Of a stretch of 64,000 nucleotides of DNA, positions 29,932 through 39,970 are shown one piece after another. Every line of letters begins with the position of its first letter. Position 1 is the stretch's first letter. A program made the position numbers and the translations under genes. The DNA lies in contig CAVZIW010000001.1 in the NCBI GenBank assembly GCA_963775465.1, positions 352,001 to 416,000 of the forward strand. The letters run 5' to 3'. The stretch is from Candidatus Bathyarchaeota archaeon. Lineage in GTDB: Archaea; Thermoproteota; Bathyarchaeia; Bathyarchaeales; Bathycorpusculaceae. The notes beneath the pieces were generated by a model that saw only the letters and a list, made by a program, of their open reading frames with translations, did not search any database and was not told the origin of the DNA.

Positions 29932-31893
29932 ATGAGGCAAAAATGCAAGACGACTATTTTGGAAGGACACTGCTTGAATAACGAATATTCGCATGAATGC
30001 AACGATATATTTCGTGCAATTACTGATTCCTCAAAGGATGCCATAATTTTTGTAGATGACAAAGGCAAAATTAATTATTGGAATCTGTCTGCTGAAAAAA
30101 TTTTTGGGTACACCAGCAAAGAGACAATTGGAAAAGAGATTCATTCACTTGTTATCCCTAAGGATATGTGCAAAGAAGCCAAAGAACGCATAAAAGCAAG
30201 TATGGAGGTTTTTGCTGAAACAGGGGCTGGCTATTTTACATATGGCAATGTCCAACTAGTGGGACGCCGCAAAGAAGGACGCGAATTCCCCGCAGAGTTG
30301 TCGCTTTCTCCAATAAAGTTGGGAGATAAATGGAACGCTGTTGGTGTGGTAAAAGATATTACTGAAAGAAAGAAAGCGGAGCAATTATTAAGAGATGCTG
30401 AGCAGCGTTATCATACTTTATTTAATCAAGCACCAATTGGCGTGTTGCTAGTTGATCCAGAGAACGGTTCTTTTGTAGAATTTAATGATTTTGCGCACAG
30501 GCAATTTGGATACACTAGGGATGAATTTGAAAAACTAGCTCTTTCAGATATCGAAATTGATGGTGTTGAGAGTGAGGTTAAGCTGCAATTATCTCGACTT
30601 TTGAAAGAAGGTGGAGGTGAGTTTGAAGCAGAATATTGCGCAAAAAATGGAGACCACAAAAATATAATTGTTACAGCTAGAGTAATAAAATTGACTGGAA
30701 AGAGTTTTCTCCATTGTATTTTTCATGATATAAGTGAAATTAGAGCGGTTCAGAAATCATTGATGGAAAGTGAGGCACAGTACCGGCAGTTAGTTGAACT
30801 CGCTCAAGAAGGAGTTTGGGTGCTTAATACGGATTTTGTCACTTCTTTTGTTAATCCGAGAATGGCAGAGATGCTAGGGTATAGTCAGAGCGAAATGCTT
30901 GGAAAAAGCTTGTTCACTTTCATTGACCACAAAGTAGTTCATTTGGCTAAGGAATTTTTGGGAAAATATACTCGAGGTGTAGATGGAAATTTTGAGTACG
31001 AATTTATCCGAAAAGATGGCACACCAATCTACGCCACTATTGCTGCCTCACAAATTGCCGACGATAATGGCAATTTTTCGGGTACTCTTGCTTTGGTTGC
31101 TGATATAACAGTTCGAAAAGAGATGGAAAATAAGTTAGAAAAATATTCCAAAAACCTTGAGGATATTGTTGAACAAAAAACAAAGCAGTTGAAAGAGGCT
31201 CAAAAACAACTAGTCAAGTCTGAAAGGCTAGCGGCTATTGGCGAATTAGCTGGAATGATAGGTCATGATTTAAGAAATCCTTTATCAGGAATTAAGAATG
31301 CAGCTTATTATCTGCATAAAAAGAATGCGTGTCAAACAAGTTGTTCAAAAGAAATGTTGGATATCATCGACAAATGTGTTAATCATTCAAACAAGATCAT
31401 CAATGACCTTCTGGAGTATTCCAAGGAACTGATCTTAGTGAAAGAGAGCATATCTCTAGGTGAGTTATTTAGGGATGCTCTATCGATGATGAGAGTTTCG
31501 GATAAGGTGAAGATCAATCAGCTCTATGACGCTTCGTATGTTGTGAAAGTTGACTCCGAAAAGATGCAACGTGTCATTATAAATTTAATCAAGAATTCGA
31601 TTGATGCAATGCCTGAAGGAGGAGAGATTTCAATAAGAAGTAAGATAAAAAATGGCTCATTGGAGCTTTCTTTCTCTGATACTGGACTTGGTATTTCAGA
31701 CGATGTGTTGCCAAAACTCTTCTTACCTTTGTTCACTACAAAGGCGCAGGGTATGGGTTTTGGCTTGGCCATTTGCAAAAGAATTGTAGATGCTCATGAA
31801 GGGAAAATAGCGGTAAGTACAGTCAAAGGAGAAGGCACAACTTTTGCAATTACATTGCCTATTGAAACTAAAACGATTTTGGAGGTGACTTGA
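29932..31893 (+). CDS. Cytoplasmic multi-PAS sensor histidine kinase
   Basis: Three PAS/PAC repeats; H-box IGHDLRNPL, N-box NLIKNSIDA, DTGLG, FTTK, GMGFGL; no TM segment. Confidence 0.95.
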   Translation: MRQKCKTTILEGHCLNNEYSHECNDIFRAITDSSKDAIIFVDDKGKINYWNLSAEKIFGYTSKETIGKEIHSLVIPKDMCKEAKERIKASMEVFAETGAGYFTYGNVQLVGRRKEGREFPAELSLSPIKLGDKWNAVGVVKDITERKKAEQLLRDAEQRYHTLFNQAPIGVLLVDPENGSFVEFNDFAHRQFGYTRDEFEKLALSDIEIDGVESEVKLQLSRLLKEGGGEFEAEYCAKNGDHKNIIVTARVIKLTGKSFLHCIFHDISEIRAVQKSLMESEAQYRQLVELAQEGVWVLNTDFVTSFVNPRMAEMLGYSQSEMLGKSLFTFIDHKVVHLAKEFLGKYTRGVDGNFEYEFIRKDGTPIYATIAASQIADDNGNFSGTLALVADITVRKEMENKLEKYSKNLEDIVEQKTKQLKEAQKQLVKSERLAAIGELAGMIGHDLRNPLSGIKNAAYYLHKKNACQTSCSKEMLDIIDKCVNHSNKIINDLLEYSKELILVKESISLGELFRDALSMMRVSDKVKINQLYDASYVVKVDSEKMQRVIINLIKNSIDAMPEGGEISIRSKIKNGSLELSFSDTGLGISDDVLPKLFLPLFTTKAQGMGFGLAICKRIVDAHEGKIAVSTVKGEGTTFAITLPIETKTILEVT

Positions 31894-31894
31894 T

Positions 31895-32347
31895 TTGGCA
31901 GAAAAAGCTAAAATCTTAATTGTTGATGACGACGAAAACATTAGGAAAACAATGAAGGCTATACTTGAAGAAGAGAACTACAGTGTTGATTTGGCATCTA
32001 ATGGAAAAGAAGCAATACGGATGAGTAAAGAGAAAATGTACAATTTGGCGCTTTTAGACATTCGACTTCCCGACATGGAAGGTGTTGAACTCCTACAACT
32101 TCTGAAAGAATATGTGCCGAGAACCCGAAAAATAATGGTAACCGGATACCCAACGATTCAAAATGCTGTCACGGCAATTAACAAAAACGCAGATGCATAC
32201 TTACTTAAACCCGTTGACATAGAAAAACTCCTTCAAATCGTAAAAGAACAGTTGCGCGCCCAAGAAGAAGAAAGAAGCTTCAGTGAGGAAAAGGTAGCTG
32301 AATTTATTGAAGCTCGCGTAAGAGACGTAACAATCAACAACATTTGA
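31895..32347 (+). CDS. Response regulator (receiver domain)
   Basis: IVDDDE, LLDIRLPD, VTG, LLKP; immediately follows the kinase. Confidence 0.93.
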   Translation: MAEKAKILIVDDDENIRKTMKAILEEENYSVDLASNGKEAIRMSKEKMYNLALLDIRLPDMEGVELLQLLKEYVPRTRKIMVTGYPTIQNAVTAINKNADAYLLKPVDIEKLLQIVKEQLRAQEEERSFSEEKVAEFIEARVRDVTINNI

Positions 32348-32683
32348 TACTATAATATCTTTCTTTATTTTTTGTAAATTCTTTGATTTAAGAAGTACCT
32401 ACAGCATAATCAAAAGATTCTTGATGTCAATTTTTTCTTTTGAGAAAACAAGCAATCTGTCATGTTTTTGAATCCTAAAACAAGATAATAACAATTAAGT
32501 GGCTTCAATAAATAGCAGAATACGATAGAGCACGTAAATTTATGATTCATAATGTAAAAATAGCTACTCAAACATACAATCATCCAATTAAAACTAAACT
32601 GCAAGGTCTTAAATGAGCTCAAACTATAACCTTTGAAGTTGCCAAAACAGACTTTATGTTTCAAACAATAAGGGATTCATGCT

Positions 32684-33361
32684 ATGACTGAAACACTAGA
32701 AAATATCATTAAGACAAAAGAAAAAGAACTGCTCACCCTCTACAAAGTCATGGAGGAGATAAAACTTAGTTTCATTAATGAAACAATTTTTTTCGCTGCA
32801 GAATGGTACAAGCAGACCTCCAAAAAATACGTCACAAAGTACTCAGACATCACATTAAGCTTAAGCATGGACAAGCTGGCAGACCTCAAGAAAAAGGTAA
32901 AAACACTTGAAAAACAAGCAAACATTTTTGTCGAAAAAGCACTGTCTGAAAAGAATATTTGGTGGCATGAAAACCCGGATCCACATGCCTCCATTTCTCA
33001 GTATGATCTTCTTGGCAACAACCAGGTTGGCAGCAAATACCCAGAAGGTGTTGATAAAGCGGTACGTTTTGCTCTTGGAGAACTAGGAGTTATTCTTGAA
33101 GAGTTTGGATACAATATTGCAACATCAATATCGTTTAAGCCTTACCAAGAATTTTGGTTCTATGCGGAACAAGATCAAAAGGCACATTTCCACTCTTATT
33201 TTCCCCATTCGCTAGATTGGTCAGAAACAATGCAAGAAACTATAGTAAAGTATAGCGAAGCGTTCAAAAAAGCAATATCTATTCTAGGAGAAATTCAGGC
33301 AATGAAAGAAGAAGTTAAGAGAAGACGAATCATTGATCTTTGGGATGAGGTAGATAGTTAA
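32684..33361 (+). CDS. Hypothetical protein
   Basis: 225-aa helical ORF. Confidence 0.7.
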   Translation: MTETLENIIKTKEKELLTLYKVMEEIKLSFINETIFFAAEWYKQTSKKYVTKYSDITLSLSMDKLADLKKKVKTLEKQANIFVEKALSEKNIWWHENPDPHASISQYDLLGNNQVGSKYPEGVDKAVRFALGELGVILEEFGYNIATSISFKPYQEFWFYAEQDQKAHFHSYFPHSLDWSETMQETIVKYSEAFKKAISILGEIQAMKEEVKRRRIIDLWDEVDS

Positions 33362-33381
33362 CCTTAATTGAAGGGAGAAAC

Positions 33382-33747
33382 TTAGAAAACACCCAGTAGT
33401 TTCGACGCGACCACGGCAATACCTGCAATTGTAATCACGAAGAGCAAAGCTTTAGATTTTAGTGGTGATTTTGACTGGGCATCAATATCTTGGAACTCGT
33501 ATTCCTTGATCTCTTTTGTTGACATGTTAATTTGAACTTTAGCAGTTTTGTTTTTAAAGCTCATCTCAACCACATATACTTCATCTTCCAAAGACACTTT
33601 CAGAGGTAGCCAATTTCCTTTATAACCGAGTCTTTTTAGGAAATCAATTGTTTGTTCTGTTGCGCTTTCAGCATCGAATCGCGAGAGCTCAATAGTTGCT
33701 CCAGTATCTTCAATGGTAGTGGTTGACATTGACGTTCGTTTGAACAA
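33382..33747 (-). CDS. Hypothetical protein, PepSY-like domain with C-terminal TM
   Basis: VYVVEM...AKVQINMSTKEI strand pattern; hydrophobic C-terminus. Confidence 0.6.
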   Translation of the reverse strand: MFKRTSMSTTTIEDTGATIELSRFDAESATEQTIDFLKRLGYKGNWLPLKVSLEDEVYVVEMSFKNKTAKVQINMSTKEIKEYEFQDIDAQSKSPLKSKALLFVITIAGIAVVASKLLGVF

Positions 33748-33825
33748 TTGGTTTTTCTCAATATTAGATGTTGTGAATCAAAAAACATTATCTAAAATAA
33801 ACAATAAAGAAAATAAAAGAGAAAA

Positions 33826-34047
33826 TTATGGAATTTCAGGAATAGGCGTCGGTTCCAGCGCTCCATCTAGAGCGCTATTGGTTTGATTGAGCATATTGTT
33901 GATATAACTCTGAAGCGGTGTAAGGTTCTGAGCAAAATCATTGGAAGACATCGTAGTTTGAGCTAAGTTCACTGTATAACCAATAACTACGCAAGCAAGG
34001 ACTACACTGGCTGTTACTAATAATAAAGCTGCAACTGTTGCCTCCAT
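33826..34047 (-). CDS. Short pilin-like membrane protein lacking a basic leader
   Basis: MEATVAALLLVTASVVLACVVIGY resembles a mature pilin N-terminal helix; AAGGAG SD. Confidence 0.6.
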   Translation of the reverse strand: MEATVAALLLVTASVVLACVVIGYTVNLAQTTMSSNDFAQNLTPLQSYINNMLNQTNSALDGALEPTPIPEIP

Positions 34048-34197
34048 ATTGTTACTCCTTTCTCTTTTGAAGTCGAGGCAAAGAAATTATTTAACAATTA
34101 TTACCAATTTCAGGATATAATGAAAAAAGAAATAAATCGAACATTTAAGAAAAGAAGGGCAGTCCCGAAATTATTGCCTGACTATCTGACTAGGCGA

Positions 34198-34674
34198 TTA
34201 CTGTTTGGGTTTATTCTCGGCTGCCGCAGGAACCTCTTCAGAGCTCTTTACTTTGGACTTTTCATCCGTTGCTGAAGCTTGATTGTTACCTGACAATATT
34301 TGAATCTTTTCAGCCATTGGATGAAGAAGATCTGGAGGAGGATACGGCGTGTTCAGGTTGGAAGATAGAATATAGATTGAATTGAAAACGTGTTGATAGA
34401 TTGTGAAAAGAATTTGTGGGATGCGTGTTTTTGGGTTTACCTCTAATTTCTTCTTTATATCGTCTGGTTTTCCTGCTAAAGTGACTAAACCAGCAGTGTT
34501 GTATTTAACGACATTTGGCTTTGTTGAAATTGCCAAATTGAAACTTAGCGTAACTTGGCTGTTTTCTCTTTTTTGTTCTTCTAGCTTTGCGTTAACGTCA
34601 AAAAAAAGCTCGTCTTTTGTTGTGTATTCTCCTGTACGTTCAGCTTGTAAACTATTAAGATTAATCGAAACCAT
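34198..34674 (-). CDS. Hypothetical protein (possible SecB-like fold)
   Basis: Beta strands followed by a helix and PYPPP; GGAG SD. Confidence 0.65.
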   Translation of the reverse strand: MVSINLNSLQAERTGEYTTKDELFFDVNAKLEEQKRENSQVTLSFNLAISTKPNVVKYNTAGLVTLAGKPDDIKKKLEVNPKTRIPQILFTIYQHVFNSIYILSSNLNTPYPPPDLLHPMAEKIQILSGNNQASATDEKSKVKSSEEVPAAAENKPKQ

Positions 34675-34785
34675 TACTCCTGAAACAGAATATTGTGGGT
34701 TTACCGCTGATTCCTCTCCTACACATCTTGTGATTTTGATATATAACTGTTATATTAGAAATTTGTCTCTATTTGTAGTCTTAGT

Positions 34786-35346
34786 TTATTGATCTGCGAA
34801 AGCTGGAACAGAAAACTCGGCTGCAAAATTGAAACTCTCTTCGCCTTTTGTGTTCCCTCTGGATTTGAGAACGATTTTCTTGGGGCTATCGTCTTCAATG
34901 TAGATTAAGTAAACTACGGATGTTCCAAGACCTAAACGTGAAAGCTGCTGAATTGCGATTTTGAACTTGTCGAACTCCTGAATTTTAGCTTTGATTTTTT
35001 CAATTGCTTCAAAAAGTATTTGAGTCTGTGCTTCGTCGGCAAAGGATATTTGGAGCTCCCCGGAGTAGACCCAGCATGATTCAGCCTCACCTTTTCCTTT
35101 TTTCCCTTTTGCTTTCTTTTCATTGGAGGACTTTGGAGGTTGTTTTGACTGGGTTTTGAGGTTTTTTTGGATTATCGCTGTTTTTTTGTACCATTCTTCG
35201 TCTTTATGGTCTTTTTCAAAGTCTCTTAGAAGGGTTCCGAGCCATTGGCTATAGTCTTCGAATAACGCTTTGTTTTGTGAGATTTGATTTGAGGCATAGT
35301 CTACTATATCTTTAATTGTTGTGAATTGGCGTATTTCGGTTCCCAT
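34786..35346 (-). CDS. Hypothetical protein
   Basis: 186 aa, Lys-rich central linker; AAGGAG SD. Confidence 0.7.
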   Translation of the reverse strand: MGTEIRQFTTIKDIVDYASNQISQNKALFEDYSQWLGTLLRDFEKDHKDEEWYKKTAIIQKNLKTQSKQPPKSSNEKKAKGKKGKGEAESCWVYSGELQISFADEAQTQILFEAIEKIKAKIQEFDKFKIAIQQLSRLGLGTSVVYLIYIEDDSPKKIVLKSRGNTKGEESFNFAAEFSVPAFADQ

Positions 35347-35464
35347 AGTAGATCTCCTTTGTGAGATGTTAGCGTTTTAACTATATTTCCAGAAACATGG
35401 GATAATAACATTTGTCCATCCAAAAAATAACAGACTCTAAAAGTTTTGTGTTGGATTTTTCATT

Positions 35465-35610
35465 GAAGAAGCTCATGTGGCTTTAGTTGCAGGTACAAAG
35501 TCAACTGAACCCCCTCATCTTCCTTTATAGAGACTTATCTCTGCATCTCTACAATGTCTAATCAGTTGATTTTGTTATTTGCGTTTAGTTTGTGCCACAA
35601 TGAGCTCTTC
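35465..35610 (+). ncRNA. Candidate structured ncRNA (long interrupted hairpin)
   Basis: Outer stem 35470-35481/35594-35606; inner stem 35488-35508/35562-35583 with four G-U pairs that form only on the + strand; T-rich tract follows. Confidence 0.55.
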
Positions 35611-35719
35611 TCTTGGTTTTAAATAGCTGGTGGCTATTTGTGAAAAATGTGGTTCTGCAATGTATTAAAGTATTATGTATTACTATTCGCTATTGAAAAG
35701 ATGTCAGGCGAATACTAAT

Positions 35720-37333
35720 CTACCGTTCTCTAAACTTAAAGAAATACAATAATCCCCCAACAACTGAAGAAGCCACTATAACCCCAATTATCGGAATAGA
35801 ATATTTAAGGTACAATGGCTGCTCTGCAACTGAAAAAATATATTCTGGACCATCAACCTCGAAAGCAACTGGTGTCTCCAGCGAAGTCGCAGTTATTGAG
35901 TAGTTGCCTGAGTTAGGAGGCTTAAAAGTCGCTTCAAAAGTCCCATTTGAAGCTATCGTGCAGCTTAAAGTTTTGTTGAAATTCGCCCCCAAGATATCTA
36001 ATCTGACTGTTGAGGCATTAGTAACTGGGCTTAGAACACCAATCACAGTTATGTTCTCACCAAATCGTATTTTATCGCTAATTATTCCGTAATCTAAGGT
36101 TGAAGCCATCTTTACTGTATAATTTCCAGATGACTGCAAAATATTTCGTAGAGAATCTACAGCCTCTATTCTATATTGCACAATTGACCCTGCCTCTTGA
36201 CCGGGTATTGTCGCACTGCAAGTATTGTTATCAATTGACATGCTGATGCTACTTTGGTCGGTCCAATTGTTTGCAGTATAGAAACAGGTTGCACGTTCAA
36301 GACTGTTAGATATGGATGAGTAAGAAAGTTCGGTTTCATTGCCGGCGAAGGCTGTTTTTGGAGCTGTTGCAGGCACCAGTGATTCGTTCCCGAATTGTGT
36401 CTTGAGCATGAATTGGATTTCTCCGGAGCCTCCTTCACCTATCAGAACTAAGTGGTAGAGGTTAGTAAATTTGTTAGTCGTTGAGTAGTTTAGAAACATG
36501 GGTTGACCTAAGTATTCACAGCTGGCATAGGCGACTCCTCTTGATCCTTCACTCTCAAAATTGTAGCCCCCGATCTTACTGGTAACGTTAGCGTATAGCC
36601 CTTGTTCCCATGGAAGAGGATAAGAGTTTATGCTGAGGGATTTGGCGTCATTCATTAGGTATAATCTAGCTTCGTACATATCTAATGTGTTGGGAACTTT
36701 AACGTAGAGCTCAAGGTAGCTGGCATTTGACAACAGTTCATAGGCCCAAGAGGTGTGAAAACGTGGCAATCCACTGCTGTCTTTGCCTTCGATTTGAACG
36801 GTGTGCCAAATGTCTGTATCGAGGTTTTCTATGACCATAAAAGTTGCTTGCTCGCTTCCTTCACTTTCTCTCAAATCATTCTTTATTACAAATGAGTAGT
36901 TGCCAGAAAACTTTGGCGTAAAAAGAGGATCATCAGTTGTCGTTCCCAAATGCTCCGGAAAACCTGCAGCTTCAGTGTGCAAACTCTCCAAGTTTCCTTG
37001 TGGATTATAAACATAGATGTCATAGTCGGTTTTTGCTGCAGAAGATGTGTTAACCCATGCCCCGTAACAGTAGACATGGTAGTTATGGTTAGCTTCGAGC
37101 GGTACTACAACAGTCCAGTTCTCGCCGATTTGGATCTGACTGTTGTTTATCATTACTGGAAAAAAGGGTTTGTCAACGTATGTAATGTTTCCGTTGCTTG
37201 AGTTTACATATGTGTGAACATAGGCTGTGTAGTCGTAGGTGGAGGTTAGTTGCAAACCCAAGCAGGTTGGGATCAGAAGCAGAGCGACGACTAGTATTAC
37301 AGGTAGAATTTTGGTGTGGATTTGAATTTTCAT
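35720..37333 (-). CDS. Secreted multi-Ig-like cell-surface protein with C-terminal TM anchor
   Basis: Signal peptide, many N-glycosylation sequons, beta-rich modules, TM plus KFRER tail. Confidence 0.8.
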   Translation of the reverse strand: MKIQIHTKILPVILVVALLLIPTCLGLQLTSTYDYTAYVHTYVNSSNGNITYVDKPFFPVMINNSQIQIGENWTVVVPLEANHNYHVYCYGAWVNTSSAAKTDYDIYVYNPQGNLESLHTEAAGFPEHLGTTTDDPLFTPKFSGNYSFVIKNDLRESEGSEQATFMVIENLDTDIWHTVQIEGKDSSGLPRFHTSWAYELLSNASYLELYVKVPNTLDMYEARLYLMNDAKSLSINSYPLPWEQGLYANVTSKIGGYNFESEGSRGVAYASCEYLGQPMFLNYSTTNKFTNLYHLVLIGEGGSGEIQFMLKTQFGNESLVPATAPKTAFAGNETELSYSSISNSLERATCFYTANNWTDQSSISMSIDNNTCSATIPGQEAGSIVQYRIEAVDSLRNILQSSGNYTVKMASTLDYGIISDKIRFGENITVIGVLSPVTNASTVRLDILGANFNKTLSCTIASNGTFEATFKPPNSGNYSITATSLETPVAFEVDGPEYIFSVAEQPLYLKYSIPIIGVIVASSVVGGLLYFFKFRER

Positions 37334-37578
37334 GTGCTTTGCTAACCAGCTTGGAAATTTGTTTTTTAAGAGCTTAAAGTTGAAGATAATCGTTATGAAT
37401 GATAGATCTTGATTTTTGCTTCAGTTTCAAACTATATGGTTTCGTTAGTGTAGATTGATCGAGATAGTTCTTTGAGAACATTTTGTTGAATTTAGGGTAA
37501 TAGTAGCATGTTAGCATCAAGTATTGTTTTGTTTTTATTCGCAGCAGCTAACCATTAGTATTGAATCGTAATACGTAA

Positions 37579-37588
37579 TATATATAAA
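37579..37588 (+). promoter_or_regulatory. TATA box of the pilin A gene
   Basis: TATATATAAA about 40 nt before the ATG, followed by an AGGTGA SD. Confidence 0.55.
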
Positions 37589-37629
37589 TGTAATTGTGTG
37601 TAATTTTTGCTACAGGTGAAAAACACTAA

Positions 37630-38190
37630 ATGATCCGAATACTAAAAAACCGACGAGCACTAAGCACAGTAATCACCACACTCATAATTCTAGTAGTATC
37701 AGTCCTACTCGCAAGCGTAGTTGCCTATTATGCAACTAATCTTGTCAGCACAAGAGTACAAGAAGAAAGCCTCTACGTATCCAAACAGCATGTATGGGTA
37801 AACTCAGAAGGTGTCGCAGAAGCAGCAGTAATGGTAACAAATAACGGTGGACGAGACGTTGTAATCAGCAAAGTTTCCACTCGAGGACAAACAAGTGAAT
37901 GGACAAGTGTGTTCTATGAAGTAGCAGACCCAGAAGTAGATGACCTCACTGTCGACTTAGCATACATAGCAGCCCCCGTAACAGCAGCTAGCGACTTAGG
38001 ATTAGCAGCCACTGCAACTGCGGCAGCAAGAAATCTAATCCTACCTTCAGGATCAACAATGGTCATATACGTTAACAGTCCTGACAGCATCGGCATCACT
38101 GATATTGGATTAACAGTCAGCATCGCTCTCCACACAGCCAACGCCGTCTACTACAGTGAAACCAACATTCAGGCAATCACAGGAACCTAA
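37630..38190 (+). CDS. Type IV pilin/archaellin-like major subunit, copy A (intact)
   Basis: Class III signal MIRILKNRRA|LSTVITTLIILVVSVLLA; TNNGGRDVVI motif. Confidence 0.88.
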   Translation: MIRILKNRRALSTVITTLIILVVSVLLASVVAYYATNLVSTRVQEESLYVSKQHVWVNSEGVAEAAVMVTNNGGRDVVISKVSTRGQTSEWTSVFYEVADPEVDDLTVDLAYIAAPVTAASDLGLAATATAAARNLILPSGSTMVIYVNSPDSIGITDIGLTVSIALHTANAVYYSETNIQAITGT

Positions 38191-38315
38191 AAATCTAATA
38201 TAACCGTCGCAATCTTTTTTCTCTTTTTATCATTTTCCACGTTTGTTATTTTTTTTACGCACAAGACCACATATCCAAAAAACACGTAAACGCTTCTCAG
38301 GAGAACAAAAAACAA

Positions 38316-38896
38316 ATGAGAAACATACTAAGAAATCGTATGGCTCTAAGTACAGTCGTAACAACGCTGATCATCCTTGTCGTTTCAGTGCTACTCGCAG
38401 GAGTCGTAAGCTACTTCGCAATCAACGTCACCAGCACAAGAGTACAAGAAGAAAGCCTCCAACTCACAAGCCAACACATCTGGGTCGACTCAGAACGGTG
38501 ATAGCCCAAGGTGCAATAATGATCACTAACACTGGCGGACGAGACGTCGTCATAAACAAATTAGCAGTCCGAGGCCAAACAAGCGCATGGACATACTAGT
38601 ATTCTACCTCATGGCAGCAACAGGCGATACCGGCAAAACCACTGACTTACCACACCTTCAAAGTCGTACTAGTTGCATGCTGGCAAGGTTGACAGGATTC
38701 GCAGCTACATTAGCAGCAACCGTCAAGGAACTTGGTCTTGCCATCAGGCAAACAATGGTAATCTACGTTGCAATCACCAGACAGCATAACCATCAACGAC
38801 ATCGGCCTAACAGTCGCATTCACAGTGTTCACATCACAAGCAATGTACTACAAAGAGACCAACGTAACACGCAATACGCCTAATCGCATAAGATAA
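38316..38896 (+). pseudogene. Pilin copy B, frameshifted in this assembly
   Basis: MRNILRNRMA|LSTVVTTLIILVV...; homology to copy A continues across frames to AMYYKETNV; indels fall in variable blocks. Confidence 0.8.
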
Positions 38897-38912
38897 GCAT
38901 AAATCAACAATA

Positions 38913-38934
38913 ACCCCCTCCTCCCTTTCTTTAT
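38913..38934 (+). terminator. Pyrimidine-rich terminator-like tract after pilin B
   Basis: ACCCCCTCCTCCCTTTCTTTAT, also present after copy C. Confidence 0.5.
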
Positions 38935-39364
38935 ACCTAAAAAAATAAAACAATTTTCCGCGATAATAATCTGTAATCTACAATCACACATAGTGGCATT
39001 TTCCATCAAGATTAACTTGTCAACTTGACAGAACGAAGTGCCAATTAAACTGTTACTATATCAATGTGATTTTAAACATTGCTAGTAGAGTTTTACTTCA
39101 TAAACTTGGCTGTTTCAAAATCGAGTTTAGCTTATTTTAATATTAACTAATTTTCTGGAGTTATGTGAAAAATACAAAGCATAGTTTTCCGCTTCTCTTA
39201 TTATGATCTTTAATCTTACATTTTCATCATTTGTCATTTCATTTGATAAAAATTTCTTCAAGAATCATTTTATGCACGAAATATTGATTGTTTGTTATTT
39301 TTTTTACGCACAAGACCACATATCCAAAAAACACGTAAACGCTTCTCAGGAGAACAAAAAACAA

Positions 39365-39953
39365 ATGAAAAACATACTAAGAAATCGTATGGCTCTAAGT
39401 ACAGTCGTAACAACGCTGATCATCCTTGTCGTTTCAGTGCTACTCGCAGGAGTCGTAAGCTACTTCGCAATCAACGTCACCAGCACAAGAGTACAAGAAG
39501 AAAGCCTCCAACTCACAAGCCAACACATCTGGGTCGACCAGCACGGTGATAGTCGCAGGGTGCAATAATGATCACTAACACTGGCGGACGAGACGTCGTC
39601 ATCAACAAATTAGCAGTCCGAGGCCAAACAAGCGCATGGACAGACGTATACTACCTCATGGCAGCAACAGATGATACTGGCTTAACCGCTGACTTACCAC
39701 ACCTCGACAGACAGTACCCAGCCGAACTGCAGCAGGCACATCCGTACAGGATTTGCAGCTCAGCTGCATTAGCAGAAGCATCAATGAACTGTCTTGCCAT
39801 CAGGCGAACACAATGGTAATCTACGTTGACTCACCAGACAGCATAACCATCAACGACATCGGCCTAACAGTTGCATTCACAGTGTTCACATCACAAGCGA
39901 TGTACTACAAAGAGACCAACGTAAACGCAAAGCTTACACCAGGCAAAAGATAA
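39365..39953 (+). pseudogene. Pilin copy C, frameshifted in this assembly
   Basis: MKNILRNRMA|LSTVV...; split over ORFs 39203-39568, 39568-39819 and 39753-39953. Confidence 0.8.
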
Positions 39954-39970
39954 ACATAAAACAACAATAA

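Noticed and set aside
38243-38599. ORFs 38243-38599 and 39292-39549 as independent genes
   Set aside because: Alternate frames of the duplicated pilin cassettes produced by the frameshifts.
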